This document shows, one piece after another, positions 27,252 through 36,929 of a stretch of 64,000 nt of DNA. The first letter of the stretch is position 1. Every line of letters starts with the position of its first letter. Both the position numbers and the translations under genes were made by a program. The notes beneath the pieces were generated by a model. The model saw only the letters and a list, made by a program, of their open reading frames with translations, did not search any database and was not told where the DNA came from. Source of the DNA: Nitrospirota bacterium (GTDB lineage: Bacteria; Nitrospirota; UBA9217); NCBI GenBank assembly GCA_963751455.1, contig CAVVUN010000006.1:32001-96000 (forward strand), given 5' to 3'.

Positions 27252-29207
27252 TTATTTCTTTTTCTCAAATAAATCCGAAAAATGCCATGGGTATTTGGAT
27301 AAAATCCTTCTTGGCTTCTTCCATGTGACTCCTCGGTCTTCTGTAATTGCGGGCCACCCCTTCTCCGAGATAAGCACACCCCGACTGTCATTAAAAGCAG
27401 GATAAATCATACCGACTTGTCCCAAATCTGTCTCCGTCCATGTTTTCCCACCATCTGTTGTATGGAAAACCATGCTGACCTCACCCCATTCAGTCGCACC
27501 TGTTGCCCATCCGTTATTGTTATCGTTGAAGGCCACATTATGTAATCCCACACCTCTCGCAGTATATTGAGCTTCCCAGTGGATTCCTCCGTCCGTTGTA
27601 TGAAGAACAACGCCTGACCACTCCCCCTCACGCGATTTTATTCCCGCTATCCAGCCCGTTTTCGAATCGATAAACTGCACAGCTCTTAATTGCGATATAG
27701 GATCGTCACTTTTCTGAAGTTCCCAGTGTTCGCCGCCGTCAACGGTATGAATAATTGTGCCTCTCTGCCCTACGACCCAACCGATTCGATCATTTAAAAA
27801 AAACAAATTAAAAAAACCGCCTTGAAATCGAAAATTCTCGGAGCCACCCATAAATTTTTTAAATTGCGTTTTCCACGTCTTTCCGCCATCTTTCGTCTGC
27901 CTTATAATCCCCCATCCTTTTGTCACCGCACCTGAATTTTCCTCGATCTCTCCAGCTGCCCAGCCTAATGTTTTATTAACAAAGAAAACACCAAAAACAC
28001 TTAATCCCGTTTCCTGTCTTTGGAAAGAGTGACCACCGTCATCTGTTCTGCAAATATAAGCTGACCATAAGCCGTGAACCCATCCCGTATTTTTATCAAT
28101 AAAAAAAGAATTTCTTCCGCAGTCGTTAGTTCGCGCGGCCATTTGCCAAGTTTTTCCGCCGTCTTCGGTCTTCCTGATTTGGCCGTTTATTCCGACAGTC
28201 CAGCCAGATTTATTTACGAAAGAAATACCATGTAATTCCAGATAATTGATATCATTAATTTTCACGGATAGTTTTGTTAATCGTTCTTTCCATGTCTTCC
28301 CGCTATCTTCGGTACAAACTATATTCGATCCTGTTGCGCAGCCGTTTTTATCATCGCTAAAGGAGATGTGCCTCAGATCATAAGCCATCACTTTAACGGG
28401 GAATCGATTGGTCCAGGTCTTTCCTCCGTCATTGGTAAAATAAATCGGAGAGAAACCCGTTACAACCCACCCCTTTTTCTCGTTGAAAAAATATAATTCT
28501 CCCCAACTCCATTCGGGCGGCACGAGTTCAAACGAACCTGTTCCAAAACGCCCGTGCGCAGGCAGCCTTAAATCAAGTCTGGCTTCGTCCCATTTTTTTC
28601 CTCCGTCCACAGTTCGGTAAACCCGGTCACCTGCAAGCAACCACCCTACTTGAGAACTGATAAAGTAGACGCTCGCAATAGAACGCCTGGTGTCGATGAC
28701 TTGCCTTTCCCATTTCTTTCCTCCATCCGTTGTGTGAAGCAATATGCCTTCATTTCCCACGATCCAGCCTTCCTTGTCATTTAGAAAGAAAAGGCCGTTA
28801 AGCGGTAAATTGAAATCGCCGTCTTGTTGGATCCAGGTCTTACCACCATCATTGGTATGAATGATGACTCCCTTCACTCTTGTCGCGCTCTCTCCGCCTA
28901 CAGCCCATCCTTGACGTTCATTGACAAAGAAAAGGCTTTTGATAATCCGCTCAGTTCCGCTCTCCTGGTGTTCCCACGTGTCGCCGCCGTCTTCAGTGTA
29001 CAGAATCGTCCCCTGCTCTCCGGCTATCCAGCCCTTCTTCGGGGTAACAAACTTGACTGCATAGAGATTGTTCGACGTGGGATACGGGTCCTGATAGATC
29101 CAGCCGTTCCAGCTCCCGGCATCCGATACAGTAGGAATGAATCCAAGAAAAAGGGCTGCGACGATCAGGGTCGACAATGCATTATTGGTCTTTATAAACT
29201 TATTCAT
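27252..29207 (-). CDS. YCF48-like BNR/Asp-box beta-propeller protein, cassette A
   Basis: Same repeats as cassette B; shared AGSWNGW.YQ.PYPTSNNL start and KYPWH.S..FE end. Confidence 0.88.
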   Translation of the reverse strand: MNKFIKTNNALSTLIVAALFLGFIPTVSDAGSWNGWIYQDPYPTSNNLYAVKFVTPKKGWIAGEQGTILYTEDGGDTWEHQESGTERIIKSLFFVNERQGWAVGGESATRVKGVIIHTNDGGKTWIQQDGDFNLPLNGLFFLNDKEGWIVGNEGILLHTTDGGKKWERQVIDTRRSIASVYFISSQVGWLLAGDRVYRTVDGGKKWDEARLDLRLPAHGRFGTGSFELVPPEWSWGELYFFNEKKGWVVTGFSPIYFTNDGGKTWTNRFPVKVMAYDLRHISFSDDKNGCATGSNIVCTEDSGKTWKERLTKLSVKINDINYLELHGISFVNKSGWTVGINGQIRKTEDGGKTWQMAARTNDCGRNSFFIDKNTGWVHGLWSAYICRTDDGGHSFQRQETGLSVFGVFFVNKTLGWAAGEIEENSGAVTKGWGIIRQTKDGGKTWKTQFKKFMGGSENFRFQGGFFNLFFLNDRIGWVVGQRGTIIHTVDGGEHWELQKSDDPISQLRAVQFIDSKTGWIAGIKSREGEWSGVVLHTTDGGIHWEAQYTARGVGLHNVAFNDNNNGWATGATEWGEVSMVFHTTDGGKTWTETDLGQVGMIYPAFNDSRGVLISEKGWPAITEDRGVTWKKPRRILSKYPWHFSDLFEKKK

Positions 29208-29357
29208 CTTTCCCCTCGAAAATTGTTTTGTAAAGATAACCTTCCGACATAATCTCGATTAGAAGCTATTCCTCTGAGGATCGCAGCGAACGCACCAAAT
29301 TATTTTTTTTCAACAAAATTTTTAATCATCTTCAACCTGGCAATATTTTTTTTGACT

Positions 29358-30695
29358 CTACAAATTCATTTCTTGAAAGTCAGCCCGTCTTAATTCGTTA
29401 ATACCGGCATTATAGATATAGTGCCAGCCGACAGCAATGCCGTCAGCATCATAAAGTAAAAGCTCATCATTCGAAATCCAGCGGTCCATATTAATAAATA
29501 GCTCATTCTCGCTTTGGGGCTTAATCTCCGTTAACTTCTTTTTAAGCTCCAGATCCATTACAACAATATGACATACAGGAACTTGAGGGATTTTTTCGCC
29601 CTCTTCATAAAGCCCAGCATCATTTGTATATCCGACAATAATAGAATAACCTACATAATGTTTGTCCGGACTCAATTGGTACTCGTTGATTTTCCCATTC
29701 GTGGACGTAATCTTATTACCGCCTTCTTTCCCGCTCATTTCGTAAAGCTCGCCCTCCTTCAACGTTACGTCCACACGCGCTGATAACGGCTTTCTTTTTC
29801 GGCTCATCGTGCTTTTTCCATCAACAATCCGCTCGACAAGAGACAATTCTCTATCATTGACCCAAGTATAAATTTCTTTTTTATTCTTGAATCCCGGCTT
29901 AGCACCAGCTTTTCCACCCAGGATTTCTCTTTCTGTTGATACGATCAATTCTCGATACTCATTATTAATCCAATCGCCCCAAGAAACAGTCGATTTATCT
30001 ATATACCCACTTCCGGTGTCAAGAGCGTCATAAGCGTCAACCCGGCGATAGGTCTTTATATCCAAAACGTTGTAATAAGTCCTGTTCTTTTCATCAAAAC
30101 CCATGACAGCAGTGCTTAGTCCATTAACCGACTCGCATTCGGTGCAATTTTCACCCGGTTCCATGGTAATTATCATGTATTCTGGCTTTTTCTTTCGCAG
30201 CTCTGCAAATTTAACGACTGGCCTCACTGATTTCGGTAATGAAGCAAATGTTATAAGCTCGTCTTTTTCATTGTCAATCACACCAACGATTATTCTTTCG
30301 GAATCCGGTAAGCCAACATGTATCGGTGCCTGCCTGCCCGTTGATTTGAGATATGTTTTCAAATTCTCGGCCTCTTTCTCGAACCTGCTGATGTTTATAT
30401 TGCATCGTATTGTTACGAACGGCTCCGGCCTTCCGCTGTCATTTAAAATATGGTAGCTGTAATCGAGAAGGGTAAGAGAAATGTCTTCCAAAGTAAGTCC
30501 TCGCAGGCCCTCGACTACTTCAAATCTCGACAATACCTTTTTTCTGTGTTTCTCTTTTCTCAGCTCATCCTGTAATTTTTGAAATGCTGTACCGGATACA
30601 TCAGCAGGCTGCGCGGCGTGGACTACGTCAAACGGTGATTGCCAACAGGCCAATAAAATCAGGACTACGAGCAGATATTTCCTTCTATGCATCAA
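29358..30695 (-). CDS. Exported hypothetical protein
   Basis: 445 aa, signal peptide, GGAGG RBS, CxxC (CTEC), C-terminal TolB-like segment (LSPDKHYVGYS). Confidence 0.7.
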   Translation of the reverse strand: MMHRRKYLLVVLILLACWQSPFDVVHAAQPADVSGTAFQKLQDELRKEKHRKKVLSRFEVVEGLRGLTLEDISLTLLDYSYHILNDSGRPEPFVTIRCNINISRFEKEAENLKTYLKSTGRQAPIHVGLPDSERIIVGVIDNEKDELITFASLPKSVRPVVKFAELRKKKPEYMIITMEPGENCTECESVNGLSTAVMGFDEKNRTYYNVLDIKTYRRVDAYDALDTGSGYIDKSTVSWGDWINNEYRELIVSTEREILGGKAGAKPGFKNKKEIYTWVNDRELSLVERIVDGKSTMSRKRKPLSARVDVTLKEGELYEMSGKEGGNKITSTNGKINEYQLSPDKHYVGYSIIVGYTNDAGLYEEGEKIPQVPVCHIVVMDLELKKKLTEIKPQSENELFINMDRWISNDELLLYDADGIAVGWHYIYNAGINELRRADFQEMNL

Positions 30696-30893
30696 CCACC
30701 TCCTTGCTTTGAAAAACTTTAGTATTAGTTTATTTTATGAATAACATTGACGCTAGTCTCATTTTCAAATACCGTCAAGTTCAAATTCTAACTTGAGACC
30801 GATTTTTATGCGAAACAACAACTAAAAACTTTAAAAATTAATGCAATACAATGAATGGGGTATTTTTAGGGTACTACATAATGTTGCATAATT

Positions 30894-30929
30894 TCGGCAA
30901 TTCTTGCGCTTTCGTTCGGCAATTTTTGC
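30894..30929 (-). promoter_or_regulatory. Tandem 14-bp direct repeat (period 22) upstream of the cassette A unit
   Basis: TCGGCAATTCTTGC (30894-30907) and TCGGCAATTTTTGC (30916-30929). Confidence 0.6.
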
Positions 30930-31009
30930 GATTTTATTGCGAAAAAATTTTAAATTATTGTAAGCATTGAGAACTAAAATTCTCAGATGAGACTTATAGC
31001 CGCTGAAGA

Positions 31010-31330
31010 GTCGTGGAGGTGATTCAAAAATACCCGGCAAACGGCCGGATTACAGGCTGAAATAGTGCAATTGGACTGGAGCGCGTTCAAACACGCGATC
31101 AATGAAGGAGAGCCGAACGCATTCTGGCTTTCCTTGTGGGCCGATTACCCGGACCCTGAAAACTTCTTTTTTCCTCTTTTTCATTCTGCAAGCGCAGGAC
31201 CAGCCGGAAACCGGATTCGCTGTTTTGATCCGGTCCTCGATAAACTGATCGAAACGGCCCAGCGGACGATGGACGACCGGAAGCGCTACAAGCTCTATCG
31301 AGAGGCGGAGACATAACGGTCGTCCGCTGA
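31010..31330 (+). pseudogene. Relic duplicate of the 3' end of the ABC substrate-binding gene (13689-14129)
   Basis: QLDWSAFKHAINEGEPNAFWLS..DYPDPENF..RYKLYREAE; internal deletion between two AGGCGGAG octamers (13981 and 14102 in the long copy). Confidence 0.85.
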
Positions 31331-31365
31331 CAGTCTTCCAAACTCTTTATTACACACTGCTATTT

Positions 31366-31775
31366 TTACGCCACCTTCTTCCCTTTTTCACTCTCTCTCC
31401 GTCCTTCGTGGGTCGATTTCTTCTCTTTATCTTTCATCTTGGGCGTAAGTTCGTTGATCCCGTGAGCCTGCTTTACATGGAAGCTTGCCCATCGGCGATA
31501 AGCTTCTCTGTCATGACAATATAGCGCCACGTACATTCGGGATCCATGTCGCAATTATATTCCTTCATAACCAGGTCTGCGGAAGCAGCAGCATCAGCGG
31601 TCGTGGGATACGAAAAGAGATTTTTGATCCTTCCCTCCAGATCCGGACTCACATCGTCTATCCCATGGACTTCTCTCAAATGCATTGCCACGATACAGGC
31701 AAGCCGTTCCTCGGTCCGCGCAATATGCTTCCAGGAGCAATTGCTCCCCATGCTGGAGCATTTGAACTCTCTATG
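31366..31775 (-). pseudogene. Tandem DUF1059-like small metal-binding protein; start codon lost plus one frameshift
   Basis: REFKCSSMGSNCSW..HLREVHG and EYNCDMDPECTW..HVKQAHG halves; ATAGAGAG instead of ATGAGAGAG after GAGGA; frame change near 31490. Confidence 0.6.
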
Positions 31776-32028
31776 TCAGAATCCTCTTGCGATGTTTCTG
31801 TTAGCCTGCCCTCGATTATGAGAATATACAGAATGTAACATGATGTGACAACAGGATTCATAAAAGTTAAAAAATTCAGCTGCAAGCATTCAAATTTGCC
31901 TAATTGCATGAATTTGAAACAAGCAAAAGTACTTGTCACTTGCACCTTTTAAATTTTGCTGTTATCCTTTCAGTTGAACATAAGACTTTTTCATGATGAT
32001 CTCATTATCTGGTGAGGAGAGTCAGGGC

Positions 32029-32709
32029 ATGAGAAAACCGAAAACATCAGTGGAGCGCCTCACGTTCATAATCTGCTTTTTTTCGGTATTATCGGTATGC
32101 AGCATTTCGTTCGCGGAAACGGACACAGAATATTGGAATGAAGAAGCGATCCAGGGGCATATCTCGGACCGGCTCTCTGCGAGCGTAGAAACCAAATACC
32201 GTTTTAATGACGACGCGAAACAGCATTACTATACGAGTACATCCATGGAATTGAATTATGATTTTCTTTCCTGGCTCGAGGGAGGACTCGGGTACCGGGA
32301 GGTGTTTAAACAGAAAAAGAACGGCTGGCAGCAGGAGAACCGTCCCTCTCTCCAGGTAAGTGTCAAGGGGAAAACCGGCGGCTGGAAAGTCAGGAATCGT
32401 TTGAAGATCGAACGGCGGAAGAAAGACACAGAGGACGCCTACTATCGCTTCAGGAACAAACTGACCCTGAAATCCCCGTGGAAATGGTCTTCCGCGGAGA
32501 TCAATCCCTATCTGGCTGATGAGATATTCAGTGAAAAAAAGAAGCAGGAGGGTTTTAACGAGAACAGGCTGTACGCGGGCGTAGACATGAAGTTGACTGA
32601 ACGTGCGGATCTCAGTCTGTATTATATGTACAACATCGAAAAGAAGAACCGCGAGTGGGGCGGCGACAGGATCAATGTGATCGGCACGGAGCTGACGTTT
32701 TCCTTTTAA
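32029..32709 (+). CDS. DUF2490-like outer-membrane beta-barrel protein
   Basis: Signal peptide, ENRP, RFRNKL, PYLADEIF, FNENRLYAG, terminal Phe. Confidence 0.75.
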   Translation: MRKPKTSVERLTFIICFFSVLSVCSISFAETDTEYWNEEAIQGHISDRLSASVETKYRFNDDAKQHYYTSTSMELNYDFLSWLEGGLGYREVFKQKKNGWQQENRPSLQVSVKGKTGGWKVRNRLKIERRKKDTEDAYYRFRNKLTLKSPWKWSSAEINPYLADEIFSEKKKQEGFNENRLYAGVDMKLTERADLSLYYMYNIEKKNREWGGDRINVIGTELTFSF

Positions 32710-32729
32710 CCTTATAAAGGATCTTTGAC

Positions 32730-33626
32730 ATGACGACCTCGCAGACAATGAGAGCAATACTTCTGTGTACGCTACTGTCGGCGATTCCCGCTTTCGTTGC
32801 CGCTGAAACAGGCGGTCTCCGGCAGATGGGGATAGGCGTAATCAGCTCGAAGCCCGATAAAAGGCTCCGGGATTATGCGGCCATGGCACGATATATTGCA
32901 GAACGCCTGGGGCAGTTCGGAATAAAAAAAGTCAAGATAATCGTTGCGAAAGACAGAGAGGAGCTCATTCGACTCGTTAAACAAGGCGACGTTGATGTCA
33001 TGCTGGAAAGCGCCGTTCCCACGATTGAAATGGAGAAAGCGGGAATGGTGCCGACGCTGCTCGCCTGGCGCAAGGGCGTTCGCCAATACCGGACGCTGTT
33101 CGTGACAAGAAAAGACAGCAGTATAAAAACACTTCAGGACCTGAAGGGAAAAACCATCGCCTTGGAAGATCAATACTCAACTTCGGCCTTTGCCATTCCG
33201 ATTGCCGAACTCAAAATGAATTCCCTTCGCATGGTTCCTGCTGACGGTAAAAGAAACGATGAAAACGCGGTAGGTTATACCTTTGCCGGCGAAGCAAGTA
33301 ATGAAGCATACTGGGTCATCCAGGGCAAGGCAGACACGGCGGCCTTAAGCGACAATGACTGGGACGGCCTGCCCGAAAAGGTACGGGCCGAACTCAGGAT
33401 AATTCATCAGACAAACCCTATCCTGAGATATATCGTGTCGTTCCGCAGCAACCTCAGCTCGGCGATAAAAAACGAGACCCGGAGCATCCTGACGAATATG
33501 GATATGGACACGGAAGGACGGCGGGCGCTGAAGAAAGCATCGGACATCAAAAAAATCGAGCTGCTCACGGATGAGGACCTCCGTTCGCTCGACTATGTAA
33601 GGGGACTGATAAAGTTGCCGGACTGA
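32730..33626 (+). CDS. PhnD-like phosphate/phosphonate-binding periplasmic protein
   Basis: YRTLFVTRKDSSIKTLQDLKGKTIALED.YSTSAF, VIQGKAD. Confidence 0.85.
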   Translation: MTTSQTMRAILLCTLLSAIPAFVAAETGGLRQMGIGVISSKPDKRLRDYAAMARYIAERLGQFGIKKVKIIVAKDREELIRLVKQGDVDVMLESAVPTIEMEKAGMVPTLLAWRKGVRQYRTLFVTRKDSSIKTLQDLKGKTIALEDQYSTSAFAIPIAELKMNSLRMVPADGKRNDENAVGYTFAGEASNEAYWVIQGKADTAALSDNDWDGLPEKVRAELRIIHQTNPILRYIVSFRSNLSSAIKNETRSILTNMDMDTEGRRALKKASDIKKIELLTDEDLRSLDYVRGLIKLPD

Positions 33627-33627
33627 C

Positions 33628-35196
33628 ATGAAAGTAAGCATCAGTAATAAATATGCTGCTGCATTCGGGATCATCAGCCTCGTGGTTACGGCCGTAGTAG
33701 CCGTATCGACCATAGCCCTCCTCGTCCGCGGAGGCAATTCGCTGCGCAAGGAAATAGAGAAAACAGAGCGTGAAATCTATGAAGAGAGCCACGGAAAGAC
33801 GCAGTACAATGTTGCGAACTACCTCGGCAGCTATCTCTTTGTTCCGCTCTATCAGCTGGACATCGATAGCATAAACCGGCTTATCAAGGACATGAAAAAG
33901 GCGCTTCCGATCGACTCATTTCTGATCACGGATCCATCAGGCAGGGTCCTGACTGATGGAACAAAACAAAACCATTCGTACGGAATACAGTTGAACCTGG
34001 ACCGCTCATCGCTCGCACGGGGCACCGTCATCGAGAAGAATGAACCGGCCGGCCGAAGGATCAGTTTTTGCGTAAGAGCCGGAAATTACACGGCAGGTTA
34101 CGGAGAGATTGTTTTTTCTCATGCGCCGCTCAAAAACGCAATCGAGCGGCACCGCCAAAGCCTTTCCAGAACATGGAACGAATTTACCGGGGAATTCATC
34201 AAGATCAGCATGATCAGCTTCGCGCTCGTTCTCATGCTCGCGGGCTTGTTGAGTTTTCTCTTTTCCCGTACTCTTTCGCGTCCGCTCATCGCGCTCAAAG
34301 AGGCCACCGACCACGTCGCCCGGGGAAATCTGGACCACCGGGTGATGATTACTTCGGAAGATGAGATCGGGGAACTGGCTGCTTCCTTCAACCGGATGGT
34401 ATCGGATCTCAAGATTTCAACGGAACGGCTCCGGGATGCGAATGAAAAACTTAAGGCGCTGGACAGCCTGAAATCCGAATTCATTTCGATCGTATCTCAT
34501 GAGCTGCGCACGCCGATCACGTCCGTAAAGGCATTCGCCGAACTTATCCTGATAAAACCGGCCATGCCTGAGAAAAAGAAAGAGGAATTTCTCAAGATCA
34601 TCAAGTGCGAGAGCGATCGCCTCGCGCGGCTGATCAACGATATCCTCGATATCACCAGGATCGAAACAGGAAAATTATACTGGCACATGGACACGGTGTC
34701 ATTGGATGAAGTGGTCCGTCATTCGGTGGCAAGCATGCAACCGCTCGCAAGCAATAAGCACATTACCATTATAGACGAGATGGAGGAAGGCTTGCCCTCG
34801 CTCTTTGCGGACAGGGACCGGCTGGTGCAGGTTGTAACTAACATCGTATCGAATGCAGTCAAGTTTACACAGGCGGGAGGAAAGATATCGGTAAGGGCAT
34901 CCAGGCACAATGGAGTGCAACCCTCAGTTACCATATCGGTATCGGACACCGGCATCGGGATACCGGAAGACAGCCTGCACCTGATTTTTGATAAATTTCA
35001 TCGCGCACAAAACAACCGGTTTGTCCATACCAGCGAGGGCACGGGCCTCGGTCTCGCCATTGCCCGGGAAATCGTGGAGCATCATGGCGGCGTAATTCGC
35101 GCGACGAACAACCCTGATCGAGGATCCACTATTTCTTTTACGCTGCCTCTTGAGAAAGGCGATTCTCGCCAAACCCCGGTTACGGCCGGGGCCTGA
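33628..35196 (+). CDS. HAMP-domain sensor histidine kinase
   Basis: Two TMs, DEIGELAASFN, SHELRTP, NIVSNAVKF, DTGIGI, GTGLGL. Confidence 0.95.
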   Translation: MKVSISNKYAAAFGIISLVVTAVVAVSTIALLVRGGNSLRKEIEKTEREIYEESHGKTQYNVANYLGSYLFVPLYQLDIDSINRLIKDMKKALPIDSFLITDPSGRVLTDGTKQNHSYGIQLNLDRSSLARGTVIEKNEPAGRRISFCVRAGNYTAGYGEIVFSHAPLKNAIERHRQSLSRTWNEFTGEFIKISMISFALVLMLAGLLSFLFSRTLSRPLIALKEATDHVARGNLDHRVMITSEDEIGELAASFNRMVSDLKISTERLRDANEKLKALDSLKSEFISIVSHELRTPITSVKAFAELILIKPAMPEKKKEEFLKIIKCESDRLARLINDILDITRIETGKLYWHMDTVSLDEVVRHSVASMQPLASNKHITIIDEMEEGLPSLFADRDRLVQVVTNIVSNAVKFTQAGGKISVRASRHNGVQPSVTISVSDTGIGIPEDSLHLIFDKFHRAQNNRFVHTSEGTGLGLAIAREIVEHHGGVIRATNNPDRGSTISFTLPLEKGDSRQTPVTAGA

Positions 35197-35386
35197 AAGT
35201 ATCCTATAGTTTCCCTTCTTAACGCTGCAGGCGCTTTTTTAAACTTCAGCCTGATTTATGCTATAAGTATTTATTGATTTATGATATAGTTGAACTTAAC
35301 AAATTTTTATTTCTGGAGTGTCTATTATGCATGCTACCGAAAAAAATATTACAAGCGGACATTTAAGATCATCGATAGGGTTTGAA

Positions 35387-35860
35387 ATGATCGTCGGAGA
35401 CGTGATGACACGAAAGGTCATTTCCATTTCAAAATACGAGACCATCATGAACGTCGCTGATATTTTAACGGAAAAAAATATCAGCGGGCTTCCGGTCGTG
35501 GACAAAGAAAACAAGGTGATCGGAATAATAACGCAGGCGGACATTCTTTCAATGGTTGGCGTCCGCAGAGAGCACACGTTCAAGGACCTGTTGAAATACA
35601 TGCTTGGAGAACCGCTCCCGCAACATAAACTCGGAGACCATGTCGGAGATATTATGACCAGTCCGGCTTTGACGATCGGACCAGATACGAATATTGCCGA
35701 AGCGGTAAAGATGATGGATGAGAAAAGGATCAGAAGGCTGACCGTAGTGGATGAGAGCGGCATTCTTATCGGGATTCTTACGAGAGCCGATGTCCTGAAG
35801 GCGGTGATCAATAAAATAAAATCCGATCAGCAGGAGACACACGGAGCTGCGGACAGATAG
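35387..35860 (+). CDS. CBS domain pair protein
   Basis: VGDVMT, ISGLPVVD..VIGIIT..DIL, IRRLTVVD..LIGILTRAD. Confidence 0.9.
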   Translation: MIVGDVMTRKVISISKYETIMNVADILTEKNISGLPVVDKENKVIGIITQADILSMVGVRREHTFKDLLKYMLGEPLPQHKLGDHVGDIMTSPALTIGPDTNIAEAVKMMDEKRIRRLTVVDESGILIGILTRADVLKAVINKIKSDQQETHGAADR

Positions 35861-35930
35861 TAACACCTACGGGCTCAGTCACGGTTTAAACTCCGGAACC
35901 GCCGGAATTCCTCCGTTTCTTCCTGCCGGC

Positions 35931-36914
35931 CTAATTCTTCCGCATCATTTCTACCAGCGAAAACCATCCGCGTGCATCCGAAAACCACCGTCTGATCTTC
36001 AATCCCGCATCAGTTGCAATCCTTTCCACGGTTTCTCTCTTGAACTTCCTGCACACTTCGGTGTGAATAGTCTCTCCCTTGATCATCGTAACACGCATAT
36101 CAAGCGCATCAATCCTTACTGATATATCGCGGTTCGCGCGCAGGTGCATCTCGACCCTCTCCCGCGTTTCATCATAGAAGGCGGCATGGTCGAAGTCGGC
36201 AGGATCGAAATGCGCCTTCAGCTCCCGGTTCATCACATTCAGAATGTTTTTATTGAATGCTGCCGTAAGGCCCTGTGAATCGTTATAGGCTGCTTCAAGT
36301 ATGTCCTTCGGCTTGACCATGTCCATGCCGACAAGAAAGCGGCCCCCGTGCCCCATGCTTGCTGCAATATGTCTCATGAATTTTCCGCCTTCCGCTTCGC
36401 TGAAGTTGCCTATTGTGCTGCCGAATAATACAATCAGGTTCCCTTCGAAAGGCAGGGAATGCAGCCGCCTGGTGAAATCGGCAACAATGCATTGAACCTT
36501 GAGATCCGGATAGAGAACGATGAGTTCTTCAGCCGCCCGCGTCAAAACCGACCGGCACACGTCGATCGGCACGTAACGCAAGCCCGAATGCAGGCCGTTT
36601 CTCGCGTCGAGCAGCGCCTTGATCTTCCGGTTGGCGCCCGATCCCAGCTCGATTATGGTGTCCCCGTCCGTGTCCCGCATGATTGCGTCTGCCTCGTGCT
36701 TTAAAATCGAGAGCTCCGTACGGGTCTGATAGTATTCGGGCAACTCGCAGATCTTCTCAAACAGGGAGGAGCCCCGGGCATCGTAAAAATATTTCGAGGG
36801 GAGGAACTTGCGGGCTGCGGTCAGCCCCTCATACACTTCGCGTTTCATGTCGTCGAGCAAAGTCCCGGTCATGTAATTGATGGTTTGAAGGCGGGATGAA
36901 AATGATGCCGTCAT
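35931..36914 (-). CDS. egtD: L-histidine N-alpha-trimethyltransferase (EgtD/EanA type)
   Basis: LPSKYFYDARGSSLFEKICELPEYYQTRTE, ELGSG, GSTIGNF, AYNDSQG, IHTE..RKF. Confidence 0.92.
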   Translation of the reverse strand: MTASFSSRLQTINYMTGTLLDDMKREVYEGLTAARKFLPSKYFYDARGSSLFEKICELPEYYQTRTELSILKHEADAIMRDTDGDTIIELGSGANRKIKALLDARNGLHSGLRYVPIDVCRSVLTRAAEELIVLYPDLKVQCIVADFTRRLHSLPFEGNLIVLFGSTIGNFSEAEGGKFMRHIAASMGHGGRFLVGMDMVKPKDILEAAYNDSQGLTAAFNKNILNVMNRELKAHFDPADFDHAAFYDETRERVEMHLRANRDISVRIDALDMRVTMIKGETIHTEVCRKFKRETVERIATDAGLKIRRWFSDARGWFSLVEMMRKN

Positions 36915-36929
36915 AATCAGCTCTCCTTA

